From IMG/VR virus record IMGVR_UViG_3300032231_000021, positions 1 through 27,845 of that record: a DNA stretch of 27,845 nucleotides, one strand, 5' to 3'. Under the pieces are notes generated by a model that saw only the letters and a program-made list of their open reading frames with translations, searched no databases and was not told where the DNA came from. A program made the translations under genes and the position numbers. Below, piece after piece: positions 1 to 7,110 of this stretch; the first letter of the stretch is position 1, and every line of letters starts with the position of its first letter. This DNA comes from a virus (Duplodnaviria; Caudoviricetes).

Positions 1-159
1 ATCTGCGCTGAGATCCACCGGAAGATCCACATCGAGCTTGAACGTAGGATGGCTCCTATGGTAGCCTCGGGGCTCTACACCCCGGCAGAATTAGCCGCCC
101 ACAAGGACCTCCTGTGCGAGCGGATCACAATGCGTGAGATCAAACAGAAAGGTAAGTGA
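1..159 (+). CDS. 3' end of an upstream hypothetical protein (partial)
   Basis: Frame 1 is open from base 1 (ICAEIHRKIHIELERR...KQKGK) to TGA 157-159, which overlaps the RNR ATG at 159 (TGATG coupling). Confidence 0.6.
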   Translation: MCAEIHRKIHIELERRMAPMVASGLYTPAELAAHKDLLCERITMREIKQKGK

Positions 160-2144
160 TGAAAGACGCATCCTTCAGGGCCCAACTGGTGGCCCGTCGA
201 ACCTACTGCCGACCACAAAACGACGGGTCCTTTGAGTCCTGGGAGGATGTGGTCAACCGTGTCATCAACCACCAGGAGTGGCTCTGGGCTCGCGCCAAGG
301 GCGGACCCCTGGACGTCAACGAGCGGGGCGAGCTGGCCGAGCTGCACGAGCTGATGCTTGAGCGCAAGGCCCTCCCCTCGGGGCGGATCCTGTGGATGGG
401 CGGTACCGAGCAGGCGAAGAAATCCGAGATCGCCATGTTCAACTGTTGCTTCTTGGAGGTCCGGGACGTCTACACAGCAGTGGACGCCTACTACCTCCTC
501 CTCAATGGTTGCGGGGTCGGCTTCAAGCCTGTTGCGGGCTTGCTGAACGGCTTTGCACAGCCTGTGCAGTTGGAGCTGATCCGATCGCAACGCACGACGA
601 AGGGCGACCCTGGCAACCGGGAGCAGTACTACACCCGTGACGAGCAGGGCAACAAGCTCAAGGTCTGGCACCTCACCATAGGTGACTCGGGGACTGCCTG
701 GGCAAAGGCGCTGGGCAAGCTCCTGACCATGAAGCGCCCGGTCGACAAGATCATCCTCGACACCACCGAGGTCCGGCCTGCCGGGGAACACCTCGCCGGG
801 TACGGCTGGTTGTCCTCGGGGGACAAGAAGGTCTCGGAGGCGTTCGCCAACATCATCCACATCCTGTCCAACGCGGCCGACCGGATCCTCACTGAGATCG
901 AGATCCTGGACATCATGAACCTGATCGGGACGACCCTCACGTCGAGGCGCTCGGCCCAGATCGCCATGATGCACGCCCACCATGAACTAGCGGAGCAGTT
1001 CGCTGATGCCAAGAAGGATCATTACCATAGTAAGCCCTGGCGGGGACAGTCAAACAACAGTCTCGTCTTCTGGCGACGGCCCAGTAAGCTGGAGCTGCGA
1101 GGGCTGTTCCAACGGATGCTCGACGCTGGTGGGTCAGAGCCCGGACTCTACAACGGAGAAGCTGCTCGTAAGCGTGCCCCCTGGTTTACCGGGACAAACC
1201 CGTGTGGCGAAATACTGCTACCGGATGGGGGCCTATGCAATCTGGTGGAGCTAGACCTCTCGAAGTTTACGGACACTGACGACCACGAACTCATGACCGC
1301 CATGGAGCTGATCGCTCGGGCCAACTACAGGCAAACCTGCGTCAGCCTCAAGGATGGCGTCCTGTCGGCCAAGTGGCACGAGACCAACGAGTTCCTGCGG
1401 CTGTGCGGCGTCGGCATCACCGGCATCGTGAAGTTCCTGGACTCGATCTTCGACTCGTCGGCACAGGAGGAAATCCTGTCGGACCTCAAGTGGAAGGCCA
1501 ACAGCGCTGCCAAGCAGATGGCAGACGAGCTGGGTCTCCCGAGGCCCAAGGCGGTCACTACGGTCAAGCCTAGTGGTACCCTTGGGAAACTCATGGACAC
1601 GACTGAGGGGCTCCACAGGCCCCTTGGGCGGTACATCTTCAACTGGATCGGCTTCTCGAAGTACGACCCGATGGTGTCCAAACTTGAACAAGCCGGGTAC
1701 ACTGTTAAAGCGAACCCGTACAACTCTGAAGAAGTGATCATCTGTGTCCCGGTCGACAACGGCCCGGGGGACTGGCAGGTCACCAAGGACGGACACGAGG
1801 TCAACCTGGAGGGCGCGGTCAAGCAATTGAACCGCTACAAGCTCGTCATGGAGACCTACGTGGACCATAACGCCAGCGTCACCATCTCATACTCCCCTGA
1901 GGAGATCCCCGAGATCGTGGACTGGCTCTACCGGAACTGGGATGCCTACGTGGGCGTCTCGTTCATCCTGAGGACCGACCCGACGAAGACAGCGGAGGAC
2001 CTCGGTTACCCATACTTGCCCCAAGAGGTGGTGAGTGAGTCGGACTACCTGGCCTACACAGACGGCCTGAGTCCAGTCGATGTCCATGGTGGCGACATGC
2101 TTGACCTGGACGAGTGTGAAGGCGGGGCCTGTCCCGTCCGTTAG
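159..2144 (+). CDS. nrdJ: Class II adenosylcobalamin-dependent ribonucleotide reductase
   Basis: Motifs FNCC, LLLNGCGVGF, RRSAQI, NPCGE (thiyl radical Cys), TVKPSGT and a C-terminal CEGGACPVR redox Cys pair; about 660 aa, with no beta-subunit gene adjacent in the window. The ORF track starts at GTG 156. Confidence 0.93.
   Translation: MKDASFRAQLVARRTYCRPQNDGSFESWEDVVNRVINHQEWLWARAKGGPLDVNERGELAELHELMLERKALPSGRILWMGGTEQAKKSEIAMFNCCFLEVRDVYTAVDAYYLLLNGCGVGFKPVAGLLNGFAQPVQLELIRSQRTTKGDPGNREQYYTRDEQGNKLKVWHLTIGDSGTAWAKALGKLLTMKRPVDKIILDTTEVRPAGEHLAGYGWLSSGDKKVSEAFANIIHILSNAADRILTEIEILDIMNLIGTTLTSRRSAQIAMMHAHHELAEQFADAKKDHYHSKPWRGQSNNSLVFWRRPSKLELRGLFQRMLDAGGSEPGLYNGEAARKRAPWFTGTNPCGEILLPDGGLCNLVELDLSKFTDTDDHELMTAMELIARANYRQTCVSLKDGVLSAKWHETNEFLRLCGVGITGIVKFLDSIFDSSAQEEILSDLKWKANSAAKQMADELGLPRPKAVTTVKPSGTLGKLMDTTEGLHRPLGRYIFNWIGFSKYDPMVSKLEQAGYTVKANPYNSEEVIICVPVDNGPGDWQVTKDGHEVNLEGAVKQLNRYKLVMETYVDHNASVTISYSPEEIPEIVDWLYRNWDAYVGVSFILRTDPTKTAEDLGYPYLPQEVVSESDYLAYTDGLSPVDVHGGDMLDLDECEGGACPVR
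1006..1254 (+). CDS. Candidate overprinted 82-aa ORF (+1 frame inside nrdJ)
   Basis: GGAG at 992-995, ATG 1006; contains CEGC; the host gene shifts locally to A/T-ending codons. Confidence 0.3.
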   Translation: MPRRIITIVSPGGDSQTTVSSSGDGPVSWSCEGCSNGCSTLVGQSPDSTTEKLLVSVPPGLPGQTRVAKYCYRMGAYAIWWS

Positions 2145-2152
2145 GAGCAGTC

Positions 2153-2458
2153 ATGAAGAAGTTTTTCGCAGCACTGGCCGTCTCGACGGCTCTCCTGGTC
2201 ACCCCGGTGGCCGCCCAAGACAACTGCGGCACCACGGCCCAGGCCGACGCCATCGTCAAGACATACGAGGAGATCCCCATCATCTCGTGGATCAACGATA
2301 AGGGCCAGATCATCATGGTCTACGCCAACCTCGACAAGGGTACCGTGACGGTGTTTGCCGCCCGCCCTGACGGCGACCGGGTGTGCATCGTGTCGGAGGG
2401 CATGAACGTCCGCATCGGCCCTGCACCGCAGAAGCCCCCGGGAAAGGACGAGCTGTGA
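2153..2458 (+). CDS. Secreted/periplasmic hypothetical protein
   Basis: SD AGGAG; Sec signal peptide MKKFFAALAVSTALLVTPVAA-Q; two Cys in the mature part. Confidence 0.85.
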   Translation: MKKFFAALAVSTALLVTPVAAQDNCGTTAQADAIVKTYEEIPIISWINDKGQIIMVYANLDKGTVTVFAARPDGDRVCIVSEGMNVRIGPAPQKPPGKDEL

Positions 2459-2742
2459 TCTACACGATGAGGATCTACCTGACGGGTGGGGTCATCATCG
2501 ACAAGCTCAGCCGCTCGGCGGACAAGGAAGCCCACCTCCAGGAGTACCTGGGGAGGGGCGTCCGGACCACCGACGGCTCGTGCCTTGTTATCTACCCTGC
2601 CCGCATGATCGAAAGGATAGAGTGTTATGGCGCAGATAACCCGCCACCCAAGCTCAAAGAGAAACGCAAAAATGCTGCTCCTAGAGCTGCTCGAAAATCC
2701 TCCGGCGAAGCTAAGCGTGACATACCGCAGCCAGACGGGTGA
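2455..2742 (+). CDS. Hypothetical protein
   Basis: GTG 2455 overlaps the previous stop (GTGA) with AAGGA upstream; typical C-ending codons in the 5' half. The ORF track starts at 2383. Confidence 0.6.
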   Translation: MIYTMRIYLTGGVIIDKLSRSADKEAHLQEYLGRGVRTTDGSCLVIYPARMIERIECYGADNPPPKLKEKRKNAAPRAARKSSGEAKRDIPQPDG

Positions 2743-2854
2743 CTTTGTGGTAGACTGCTGCGAGGACTGGGACAACGAAGACGTGGCCCTGACCATCGCA
2801 ACGCATCAAGTCTGGTTTGGGGAGATCTTACGTGGAGACCTTGACGACGAGTGA
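2627..2854 (+). CDS. Hypothetical protein (75 aa, acidic C-terminus)
   Basis: AAGGA upstream of ATG 2627; fills the space up to the primase; overlaps the previous ORF by about 115 nt. Confidence 0.6.
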   Translation: MAQITRHPSSKRNAKMLLLELLENPPAKLSVTYRSQTGDFVVDCCEDWDNEDVALTIATHQVWFGEILRGDLDDE

Positions 2855-4451
2855 GTACCAGTTCAAGGGCCCGTGCAGTTCGTGCGGGTCCTCGGACGCC
2901 AACGCACACTACGACGATGGGCACACCTACTGCTTCTCGTGTGGTGTCCACACCAGAGGAGATGGAGATGTGGTGGAAGTATCTAACCCTAAGCCAGCTG
3001 AAGGCACTGTATGTGTCACTGACTACCCGGCTTGGAAAGCTCGGGGCCTCTCTCAAGAGTCCTGCCGCAAGTGGGGACTGGGGGTTACTGAGCACCGAGG
3101 TGAGCGCTTTCGAACCTTCAAATACGGAGACGCATACAAGCTACGTCCGAAGGAAAAGAACGGCATCAAGTGGGTTGGGTCCGCGCCGGACCAGTTATAC
3201 GGTCAGAACCTCTGGGGGTCAGGTGGTAAGATGGTCATCGTCACGGAGGGTGAGATAGATGCCGTATCAGTGTCCCAAGTCCAAGGTCATAAGTGGCCTG
3301 TGGTCTCGGTGCCCAACGGGGCACAGGGCGCACGGAAGGCCCTACAGAAAAATCTGGAGTGGCTATCTACCTTCGAGACTGTGGTACTCTTCTTCGACGA
3401 CGACGGTCCAGGCCGCGAAGCGTGCGAAGCCAGCGCTCCGCTCTTCAAGCCCGGTAGTGTCAAGATCGCACACGTCCCTGGCTTCAAGGACGCGAATGAA
3501 GCTCTTGTCGCTGGTCAATCGAAAGAGATCGTCACCGCGATCTGGCAAGCCAAGCCCTGGAGGCCTGATGGCATCGTCGCTGGCTCGGACCTTTGGGAAA
3601 CCATTACCCGGCAAGAGACGATCCATTCGGTCGACTACCCCTGGAGAGCCCTCCAAGCGAAGACGCAAGGCCTTCGGAAGAGTGAGGTGGTTACGCTCAC
3701 TGCCGGGTCGGGTGTTGGTAAGTCGGCGGTGGTCCGTGAGTTGGCACATCACCTCCTGGTGAGGGGCGAGACCATCGGAATGATGATGTTCGAGGAGACC
3801 GTCAAGCGTACGGCGCTCGGGCTCATCGGCGTTGAACTAAATAGGAGTCATCATGAAACTGACCTTAGAGCACTGGCCGATTTCGAGGGCGCTTATGCTG
3901 CTACTCTTGGGACTGGGCGCTGCTTCCTGTACGATCATTTTGGCAGTACTGGCTTTGATAATGTACTTGATCGGGCAAGATACATGGCTAACGCTCTTGG
4001 CTGTGGCTATCTCTTTCTCGATCACCTGTCTATCCTGGTTTCTGGCATGGCTGACGGAGACGAGCGAAGGCTAATCGACAACGCTATGACGTCTATCAAG
4101 ACGCTGGCCATGGAAACAAACATGGGGATAGTCCTCGTGTCACACCTAAGGAGACCATCCAATGGTAACTCTCATGAAGAAGGCGCAACAACTAGCCTAT
4201 CTCAGCTTCGCGGTTCTCATGCTATCGCTCAGCTCAGCGACATGGTTGTGGGTCTGGAACGAGATCAGCAAGATGTAAACAACCCCGACCTCACCACGCT
4301 CCGGGTGCTCAAAAACCGATGGACTGGCGAGACGGGCCTAGCAGGATACCTACACTATGACAGATACACCGGAAGACTCCGGGAAGTCGATGGTCCGAGT
4401 GCCGGACCTAGCGGTCGACCCTTCGAAGGTAGTGACTCCGAAATATTCTAA
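2841..4451 (+). CDS. T7 gp4-like DNA primase-helicase
   Basis: Zinc ribbon CSSC...CFSC, TOPRIM motifs VTEGEIDA and FFDDD, Walker A AGSGVGKS, LDHL, LRGS and VLKNR SF4 helicase motifs. Start uncertain (TTG 2841 after GGAG, or 2817). Confidence 0.96.
   Translation: MTTSEYQFKGPCSSCGSSDANAHYDDGHTYCFSCGVHTRGDGDVVEVSNPKPAEGTVCVTDYPAWKARGLSQESCRKWGLGVTEHRGERFRTFKYGDAYKLRPKEKNGIKWVGSAPDQLYGQNLWGSGGKMVIVTEGEIDAVSVSQVQGHKWPVVSVPNGAQGARKALQKNLEWLSTFETVVLFFDDDGPGREACEASAPLFKPGSVKIAHVPGFKDANEALVAGQSKEIVTAIWQAKPWRPDGIVAGSDLWETITRQETIHSVDYPWRALQAKTQGLRKSEVVTLTAGSGVGKSAVVRELAHHLLVRGETIGMMMFEETVKRTALGLIGVELNRSHHETDLRALADFEGAYAATLGTGRCFLYDHFGSTGFDNVLDRARYMANALGCGYLFLDHLSILVSGMADGDERRLIDNAMTSIKTLAMETNMGIVLVSHLRRPSNGNSHEEGATTSLSQLRGSHAIAQLSDMVVGLERDQQDVNNPDLTTLRVLKNRWTGETGLAGYLHYDRYTGRLREVDGPSAGPSGRPFEGSDSEIF
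2968..3258 (+). CDS. Candidate overprinted ORF in the primase (+1 frame, position comparable to T7 gene 4.1)
   Basis: SD GAGGAG 2956-2961, ATG 2968, MWWKYLTLSQLKALYVSLTTRLGKLG...; local A/T-ending codons in the host frame. Confidence 0.4.
   Translation: MWWKYLTLSQLKALYVSLTTRLGKLGASLKSPAASGDWGLLSTEVSAFEPSNTETHTSYVRRKRTASSGLGPRRTSYTVRTSGGQVVRWSSSRRVR
3853..4074 (+). CDS. Overprinted two-TM membrane protein (73 aa, +1 frame inside the helicase)
   Basis: SD AGGAG 3843-3847, ATG 3853, two hydrophobic helices; helicase codons become strongly T-ending over this span. Confidence 0.65.
   Translation: MKLTLEHWPISRALMLLLLGLGAASCTIILAVLALIMYLIGQDTWLTLLAVAISFSITCLSWFLAWLTETSEG
4162..4278 (+). CDS. Overprinted single-TM micro-protein (38 aa, +1 frame inside the helicase)
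   Basis: SD TAAGGAG 4147-4153, ATG 4162; MVTLMKKAQQLAYLSFAVLMLSLSSATWLWVWNEISKM, TAA 4276-4278. Confidence 0.55.
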   Translation: MVTLMKKAQQLAYLSFAVLMLSLSSATWLWVWNEISKM

Positions 4452-4602
4452 GGACTCGACAGTCATTACCGGGGTCGTCGAGGGCGTTCCGATCATCGGG
4501 GTACACTCTGAGGAGGAGGTCTTCGTTCTCCCGATCAGCTTGTTCCACCTGATGATGGAAGCCTACGTCGACGTGTACACAACAGAGGAGGCGTACCACT
4601 GA
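4432..4602 (+). CDS. Hypothetical protein overlapping the helicase 3' end
   Basis: Fills the gap between the helicase and the next ORF, with TGATG coupling at 4600-4604. Start is GTG 4432 or ATG 4357. Confidence 0.55.
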   Translation: MTPKYSKDSTVITGVVEGVPIIGVHSEEEVFVLPISLFHLMMEAYVDVYTTEEAYH

Positions 4603-4856
4603 TGGACGACGTATGGGACACACTTCAGAACGAGACGGACGTAGCTAAACTCATCGAGGTCTACGAGATGGGTCAGGACAAACTTCACATCATCAAGGAG
4701 CAGATCCGTGAAGGAGACCGAGAGCATAACAAAATCGTCTACTACCTCAAACTCATTAAAGCTCGCATTGTTGAACTCTCAGATCGAGTTCCTGACGGAG
4801 CAACTGAGGTACGAGAGGGAGACCCACAAGGAGGAGATCCAGAAGCTCAAGGATGA
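4602..4856 (+). CDS. Hypothetical protein (helical/coiled-coil)
   Basis: SD GAGGAGG before ATG 4602; typical codon usage in the 5' part. Confidence 0.7.
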   Translation: MDDVWDTLQNETDVAKLIEVYEMGQDKLHIIKEQIREGDREHNKIVYYLKLIKARIVELSDRVPDGATEVREGDPQGGDPEAQG

Positions 4857-4890
4857 GCTGAGGCACCTCAGGTGGAGCCATAGGCTATGA
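4708..4890 (+). CDS. Hypothetical coiled-coil protein (60 aa)
   Basis: SD AAGGAG 4695-4700, GTG 4708; the 3' half has genome-typical codons; its stop overlaps the next ATG (ATGA 4887-4890). Confidence 0.55.
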   Translation: MKETESITKSSTTSNSLKLALLNSQIEFLTEQLRYERETHKEEIQKLKDELRHLRWSHRL

Positions 4891-5066
4891 ACACCGAAGA
4901 CGATCTGATGAGGGCGTCAGCCCTCGTCTCCATGCTCGCGATCGTTGGTGACGTCGACGAGGTCCTGGACAGCCGTACGCTCTTCGGGCTCAACTTCAAC
5001 ACGTACGACCTGGACCAACTCCGGTTGGCCCTGGCGTTCATGCTAGTCTATAAGGACATGGAATGA
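4887..5066 (+). CDS. Hypothetical protein (59 aa, below the ORF-track cutoff)
   Basis: MNTEDDLMRASALVSMLAIVGDVDEVLDSRTLFGLNFNTYDLDQLRLALAFMLVYKDME; GGAG upstream and ATGA overlaps at both ends. Confidence 0.7.
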   Translation: MNTEDDLMRASALVSMLAIVGDVDEVLDSRTLFGLNFNTYDLDQLRLALAFMLVYKDME

Positions 5067-5341
5067 TGAGTGACAAAACCCAGCATTGTCCCGGCTGCAA
5101 GACCCGCCAGGACGAGATCGAAAGCCTACGCTACGCAGCCCACTCTGCGATCGACGATCGGAAGATGCTGCTGAAGGAAACGAAACGCCTGCTCATGGAG
5201 GTCGAGATCTACGAGAACGCCCTACGCAAGATCACCGAGTGCCCACACCCCATCCCAAGGGCTGACGGCATGGTGGATATGGATTGGAACCCTGCCCGCA
5301 TGGTGCAGATAGCCGAGGAGGCCCTGAAAGAATGGACTTAA
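5063..5341 (+). CDS. Hypothetical protein with N-terminal CxxC and coiled coil
   Basis: SD TAAGGA; HCPGCK motif; coupled to its neighbours. Confidence 0.75.
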   Translation: MMSDKTQHCPGCKTRQDEIESLRYAAHSAIDDRKMLLKETKRLLMEVEIYENALRKITECPHPIPRADGMVDMDWNPARMVQIAEEALKEWT

Positions 5342-7110
5342 TCTTCGACATCGAGACGAACGGACTGCTAGACAGCCTGGACCGGATACACTGTATCTCC
5401 GTCATCGACTTGGAAAACCCCTACAAGGTCCTCGACTTCGGACCGAAGGACATCGCCGAGGGGATCGAGTACATCATGAAGGCCGACACGTTGATCGGAC
5501 ACAACATCATCCGGTTCGACATCCCGGCCATCAAGAAAGTGTACCCCTCGTTTGACTTTAAGGGGACACTAGTGGATACGCTCGTGGCGGCTCGGGTCAT
5601 TTGGCCTGACGTCCGCGACCGCGACATGATCCTCCGCCAGCGGGACCCTGAGTTCCCTGGTAAGATGCTCGGGAAGCAAACCCTCGGTGCCTGGGGCCGA
5701 CGCCTCGGGGTCGCCAAGGGGGACTATGACGGACCGTGGGAGACCTGGAACCGGGAGATGCACAACTACTGCATCCAGGACGCCCGGGTCACCCTGACAC
5801 TCTACAACAAGATCCTCGCCAAACACCTCGACCCGCGTTGCTGGTACCTGGAGCACGAGGTATCCAAGATCCTATGGGAGCAAGAAACACATGGATTTGC
5901 ATTTGACGTTGACGCCGCTTCAGATCTATATGGCAGGCTATGTGGGAGGCGTGACGAGCTTAATACTGCTCTGGCAGGTCTGTTCCCTGATTGGGAAGTG
6001 CGTACGCCGTTTGTCCCCAAAGCGAACAACAAGAAGCTAGGGTATGAGAAGGGTGTCCCAACCGAGAAGGTCAAGGTCATCCAGTTCAACCCCAACAGCC
6101 GAGATCATATCGCGAACCGTCTTGTCGAGAAGTACGACTGGAAGCCGACGGAGTTCACGCCGGAGGGTAAGCCCCGGGTGGACGAGGTCGTTCTGGGTAA
6201 GCTCGACTATCCCGAGGCCAAGCTACTGGCCGAGTCTTTCCTCATCGCGAAGCGCATTGGTCAACTTGCTGAAGGCCAGAACGCTTGGCTGAGGATGGAG
6301 AAGGACGGGGTCATCCACGGCTCGGTCAACGGTAACGGCGCAGTAACAGGGAGGATGACACATGCGTACCCCAACATGGCCCAGGTTCCATCTACTCGTG
6401 CGCTTTATGGAGCTGAGTGTAGGAGTCTTTTTGTCGCTCGCCCTGGTCACCTTCTGGTTGGCTGTGACGCTGATGCTCTTGAGCTTCGCCTACTCGCCAG
6501 CTATATGGCCTACTTTGATGATGGGGCTTATGTAGATGTGGTCCTCAACGGCGATAAATCGAACGGCACGGACACTCATTCTCGAAACGCTGAGGCGCTC
6601 GGTTGTGATCGGGACACAGCTAAGACGTGGTTCTACGCCTTCATATACGGAGCTGGTAACAAGAAGCTGGGAAGCATCCTGGGAGGTAGTGCGAAAAGAG
6701 GAGCTGCTTCAAAGGCTGACTTCTTTAGATCACTGCCTGCACTCGGCAAACTTGTCGAGACAGTCAAGACTACAGCCACCCAAAGGGGACACCTCAAGGG
6801 ACTGGATGGTCGTGAGTTGCCCATCAGATCGCCGCACGCGGCGTTAAATACCCTGCTCCAGTCCGCTGGTGCAGTCGTAATGAAGCAGGCCCTGGTCATC
6901 CTCGACGAGGACATCAAGGCCTACAACGAACCGGCTCACTTCGTCGCGAATGTACATGACGAGTGGCAACTTGAAGTGGAGGAAGGTAGTGCAGAGCGAC
7001 TGGGACGAAGAGCAGTTGACGCTATTCGAAGAGCTGGTGACGAGCTTGGGCTTAGATGCCCTATGGACGCCCAGTATTCCGTCGGACGAACCTGGGCCGA
7101 CACCCATTGA
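5332..7110 (+). CDS. polA: T7 gp5-like family A DNA polymerase with 3'-5' exonuclease domain
   Basis: ExoI FDIETNG, ExoII GHNIIRFD, ExoIII YCIQD, TGR, motif A DADALELR, motif B RDTAKTWFYAFIYG, motif C VHDE; SD GAGGAGG before ATG 5332. Confidence 0.97.
   Translation: MDLIFDIETNGLLDSLDRIHCISVIDLENPYKVLDFGPKDIAEGIEYIMKADTLIGHNIIRFDIPAIKKVYPSFDFKGTLVDTLVAARVIWPDVRDRDMILRQRDPEFPGKMLGKQTLGAWGRRLGVAKGDYDGPWETWNREMHNYCIQDARVTLTLYNKILAKHLDPRCWYLEHEVSKILWEQETHGFAFDVDAASDLYGRLCGRRDELNTALAGLFPDWEVRTPFVPKANNKKLGYEKGVPTEKVKVIQFNPNSRDHIANRLVEKYDWKPTEFTPEGKPRVDEVVLGKLDYPEAKLLAESFLIAKRIGQLAEGQNAWLRMEKDGVIHGSVNGNGAVTGRMTHAYPNMAQVPSTRALYGAECRSLFVARPGHLLVGCDADALELRLLASYMAYFDDGAYVDVVLNGDKSNGTDTHSRNAEALGCDRDTAKTWFYAFIYGAGNKKLGSILGGSAKRGAASKADFFRSLPALGKLVETVKTTATQRGHLKGLDGRELPIRSPHAALNTLLQSAGAVVMKQALVILDEDIKAYNEPAHFVANVHDEWQLEVEEGSAERLGRRAVDAIRRAGDELGLRCPMDAQYSVGRTWADTH
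5891..6040 (+). CDS. Overprinted single-TM micro-protein (49 aa, +1 frame inside the polymerase)
   Basis: GGGAG 5876-5880, ATG 5891; MDLHLTLTPLQIYMAGYVGGVTSLILLWQVCSLIGKCVRRLSPKRTTRS; local T-ending codon shift in the polymerase frame. Confidence 0.5.
   Translation: MDLHLTLTPLQIYMAGYVGGVTSLILLWQVCSLIGKCVRRLSPKRTTRS
6362..6535 (+). CDS. Overprinted hydrophobic micro-protein (57 aa, +1 frame inside the polymerase)
   Basis: SD GGGAGGA 6349-6355, ATG 6362; MRTPTWPRFHLLVRFMELSVGVFLSLALVTFWLAVTLMLLSFAYSPAIWPTLMMGLM; strong T-ending codon shift in the polymerase frame. Confidence 0.6.
   Translation: MRTPTWPRFHLLVRFMELSVGVFLSLALVTFWLAVTLMLLSFAYSPAIWPTLMMGLM

Noticed and set aside
1-30. ICAEIHRKIH resembles the end of an HNH motif (CxxCHxxxH)
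   Set aside because: The second Cys is absent and the gene is truncated by the window, so it cannot be supported.
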